DNA of 64,000 bases from Escherichia coli. Its GTDB lineage: Bacteria; Pseudomonadota; Gammaproteobacteria; Enterobacterales; Enterobacteriaceae. The stretch lies in NCBI RefSeq assembly GCF_024298765.1, contig NZ_CP101210.1; one strand, 5' to 3'. The position numbers and the translations under genes are program-made. Positions 61,872 through 64,000 of the stretch are shown piece by piece. The first letter of the stretch is position 1. The number at the start of each line of letters is the position of its first letter. The notes under the pieces were generated by a model. That model saw only the letters and a list, made by a program, of their open reading frames with translations, had not been told where the DNA came from and did not search any database.

Positions 61872-62831
61872 GTGGCACAACGAGATTATGTACGCCGCAG
61901 CCAACCGGCACCTTCGCGGCGAAAAAAGAGCACCTCACGGAAAAAGCAACGAAATTTGCCTGCGGTTTCTCCCGCTATGGTCGCTATTGCTGCCGCCGTT
62001 CTTGTGACCTTTATCGGTGGTCTGTACTTCATTACGCATCACAAGAAAGAAGAGTCCGAGACGCTGCAAGGCCAGAAAGTGACCGGAAACGGACTACCAC
62101 CAAAACCAGAAGAACGCTGGCGCTACATTAAAGAGCTGGAAAGTCGCCAGCCGGGTGTGCGTGCGCCCACAGAACCTTCTGCCGGTGGTGAAGTGAAAAC
62201 GCCGGAGCAGCTGACACCAGAACAACGTCAGCTTCTTGAACAAATGCAGGCCGATATGCGCCAGCAGCCAACGCAGCTGGTTGAAGTTCCGTGGAATGAG
62301 CAGACGCCGGAACAGCGTCAGCAAACGCTACAGCGCCAGCGTCAGGCACAGCAATTAGCGGAGCAGCAACGCCTGGCTCAGCAGTCGCGTACGACTGAAC
62401 AAAGCTGGCAGCAGCAGACGCGTACGTCGCAAGCCGCACCGGTACAGGCGCAACCGCGCCAGTCTAAACCGGCTTCTACTCAGCAGCCGTACCAGGATCT
62501 GCTGCAAACCCCTGCGCACACGACCGCGCAGTCGAAGCCGCAGCAAGCTGCGCCGGTTGCTCGTGCCGCTGACGCGCCAAAACCGACGGCGGAGAAAAAA
62601 GACGAACGCCGCTGGATGGTGCAGTGCGGTTCGTTCAGAGGCGCGGAACAGGCAGAGACGGTACGTGCTCAGCTGGCGTTTGAAGGCTTTGACTCGAAAA
62701 TCACCACCAACAATGGCTGGAATCGTGTGGTCATTGGCCCGGTGAAAGGCAAAGAGAACGCAGACAGCACCCTCAATCGCTTGAAGATGGCGGGTCATAC
62801 AAACTGCATTCGGCTCGCCGCCGGGGGTTGA
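61872..62831 (+). CDS. ftsN: Cell-division protein FtsN (319 aa)
   Basis: GTG start; single TM segment, Gln/Pro-rich linker, C-terminal SPOR domain (WMVQCGSFRGAEQAETVRAQLAFEGF). Confidence 0.93.
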   Translation: MAQRDYVRRSQPAPSRRKKSTSRKKQRNLPAVSPAMVAIAAAVLVTFIGGLYFITHHKKEESETLQGQKVTGNGLPPKPEERWRYIKELESRQPGVRAPTEPSAGGEVKTPEQLTPEQRQLLEQMQADMRQQPTQLVEVPWNEQTPEQRQQTLQRQRQAQQLAEQQRLAQQSRTTEQSWQQQTRTSQAAPVQAQPRQSKPASTQQPYQDLLQTPAHTTAQSKPQQAAPVARAADAPKPTAEKKDERRWMVQCGSFRGAEQAETVRAQLAFEGFDSKITTNNGWNRVVIGPVKGKENADSTLNRLKMAGHTNCIRLAAGG

Positions 62832-62888
62832 AACCCTCAAAATCCCCCCCATCTATAATTGCATTATGCCCCGTACTTTTGTACGGGG
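62828..62888 (+). promoter_or_regulatory. hslVU sigma-32 heat-shock promoter with 5' leader hairpin
   Basis: TTGAAA (62828-62833), 13-nt spacer, CCCCATCT (62847-62854); then perfect hairpin CCCCGTAC-TTTT-GTACGGGG at 62869-62888. Confidence 0.7.
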
Positions 62889-62923
62889 TTTGTACTCTGT
62901 ATTCGTAACCAAGGGGTCAGCTC

Positions 62924-63454
62924 GTGACAACTATAGTAAGCGTACGCCGTAACGGCCATGTGGTCATCGCTGGTGATGGTCAGGCCACGTTGGGCAATAC
63001 CGTAATGAAAGGCAACGTGAAAAAGGTCCGCCGTCTGTACAACGACAAAGTCATCGCGGGCTTTGCGGGCGGTACTGCGGATGCTTTTACGCTGTTCGAA
63101 CTGTTTGAACGTAAACTGGAAATGCATCAGGGCCATCTGGTCAAAGCCGCCGTTGAGCTGGCAAAAGACTGGCGTACCGATCGCATGCTGCGCAAACTTG
63201 AAGCACTGCTGGCAGTCGCGGATGAAACCGCTTCGCTTATCATCACCGGTAACGGTGACGTGGTGCAGCCAGAAAACGATCTTATTGCTATCGGCTCCGG
63301 CGGCCCTTACGCCCAGGCTGCGGCGCGCGCGCTGTTAGAAAACACTGAACTTAGCGCCCGTGAAATTGCTGAAAAGGCGTTGGATATTGCAGGCGACATT
63401 TGCATCTATACCAACCATTTCCACACCATCGAAGAATTAAGCTACAAAGCGTAA
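62924..63454 (+). CDS. hslV: ATP-dependent protease subunit HslV (176 aa)
   Basis: [39 protein letters not shown]..., N-terminal Thr nucleophile after Met. Confidence 0.96.
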
Positions 63455-63463
63455 GGATCTCCC

Positions 63464-64000
63464 ATGTCTGAAATGACCCCACGCGAAATCGTCAGCGAAC
63501 TGGATAAGCACATCATCGGCCAGGACAACGCCAAGCGTTCCGTGGCGATTGCTCTGCGTAACCGCTGGCGTCGCATGCAGCTCAACGAAGAGCTGCGCCA
63601 TGAAGTGACCCCGAAAAATATCCTGATGATCGGCCCGACCGGTGTCGGTAAAACTGAAATCGCCCGTCGTCTGGCTAAGCTGGCGAATGCGCCGTTCATC
63701 AAAGTTGAAGCGACCAAATTCACCGAAGTGGGCTATGTCGGTAAGGAAGTGGATTCTATTATTCGCGATCTGACCGATGCCGCCGTGAAAATGGTACGTG
63801 TCCAGGCTATCGAGAAAAACCGTTATCGCGCTGAAGAACTGGCAGAAGAACGTATTCTCGACGTACTGATCCCACCGGCTAAAAACAACTGGGGACAGAC
63901 CGAACAGCAGCAGGAACCGTCCGCTGCTCGTCAGGCATTCCGCAAAAAACTGCGTGAAGGCCAGCTTGATGACAAAGAAATCGAGATCGATCTTGCCGCA
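63464..64000 (+). CDS. hslU: ATP-dependent protease ATPase subunit HslU (5' part only; continues beyond the window)
   Basis: ATG 63464; [40 protein letters not shown]...; Walker A GPTGVGKT. No stop within the window. Confidence 0.93.

Noticed and set aside
62355-62852. 165-aa minus-strand ORF
   Set aside because: Antisense to the Gln/Pro-rich region of ftsN; an artefact of biased composition.

Overview
This window is an Escherichia coli-type chromosomal segment in the reverse orientation to the usual K-12 map. All identifications are from reading the sequence and the ORF track against remembered K-12 proteins and RNAs; no database search was run. The conserved backbone runs: thrU-operon promoter (partial), coaA, birA, murB, the rrnB operon on the minus strand (rrfB, rrlB, gltT, rrsB, with P1/P2 promoters), murI, btuB with its cobalamin riboswitch, trmA, yijD, fabR, sthA, oxyR, oxyS, argH-argB-argC / argE, ppc, eptC, yijO, frwD-pflC-pflD-frwB-frwC, ptsA, fsaB, gldA, yijF, yijE, katG, metF, then metL-metB / metJ, yiiX, rpmE, priA, cytR, ftsN, hslV and partial hslU. 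Two blocks interrupt this backbone relative to the K-12 gene order as I recall it. (1) About 3 kb between oxyS and argH (about 16855-19950) carries an MFS sugar-acid-type transporter and a ManD/RspA-like enolase-superfamily dehydratase behind a long AT-rich leader. (2) About 7.7 kb between metF and metL (about 45350-53030) is the most interesting region: three paralogous, signal-peptide-bearing UshA-like metallophosphatase/5'-nucleotidases, a Tsx-like nucleoside-specific outer-membrane channel, and a 374-aa cysteine-rich protein with tandem zinc ribbons, one resembling the IS1 InsA-type transposase zinc finger. I read this as a candidate extracytoplasmic nucleotide dephosphorylation and nucleoside uptake module, possibly with a transposase-derived regulator; it is not a recognisable defence system. 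No CRISPR array, integrase, intact IS element or prophage was seen. Many ORF-track entries carry N-terminal extensions or are antisense or intra-rRNA artefacts; gene starts below are adjusted where the remembered protein and the local RBS support it.
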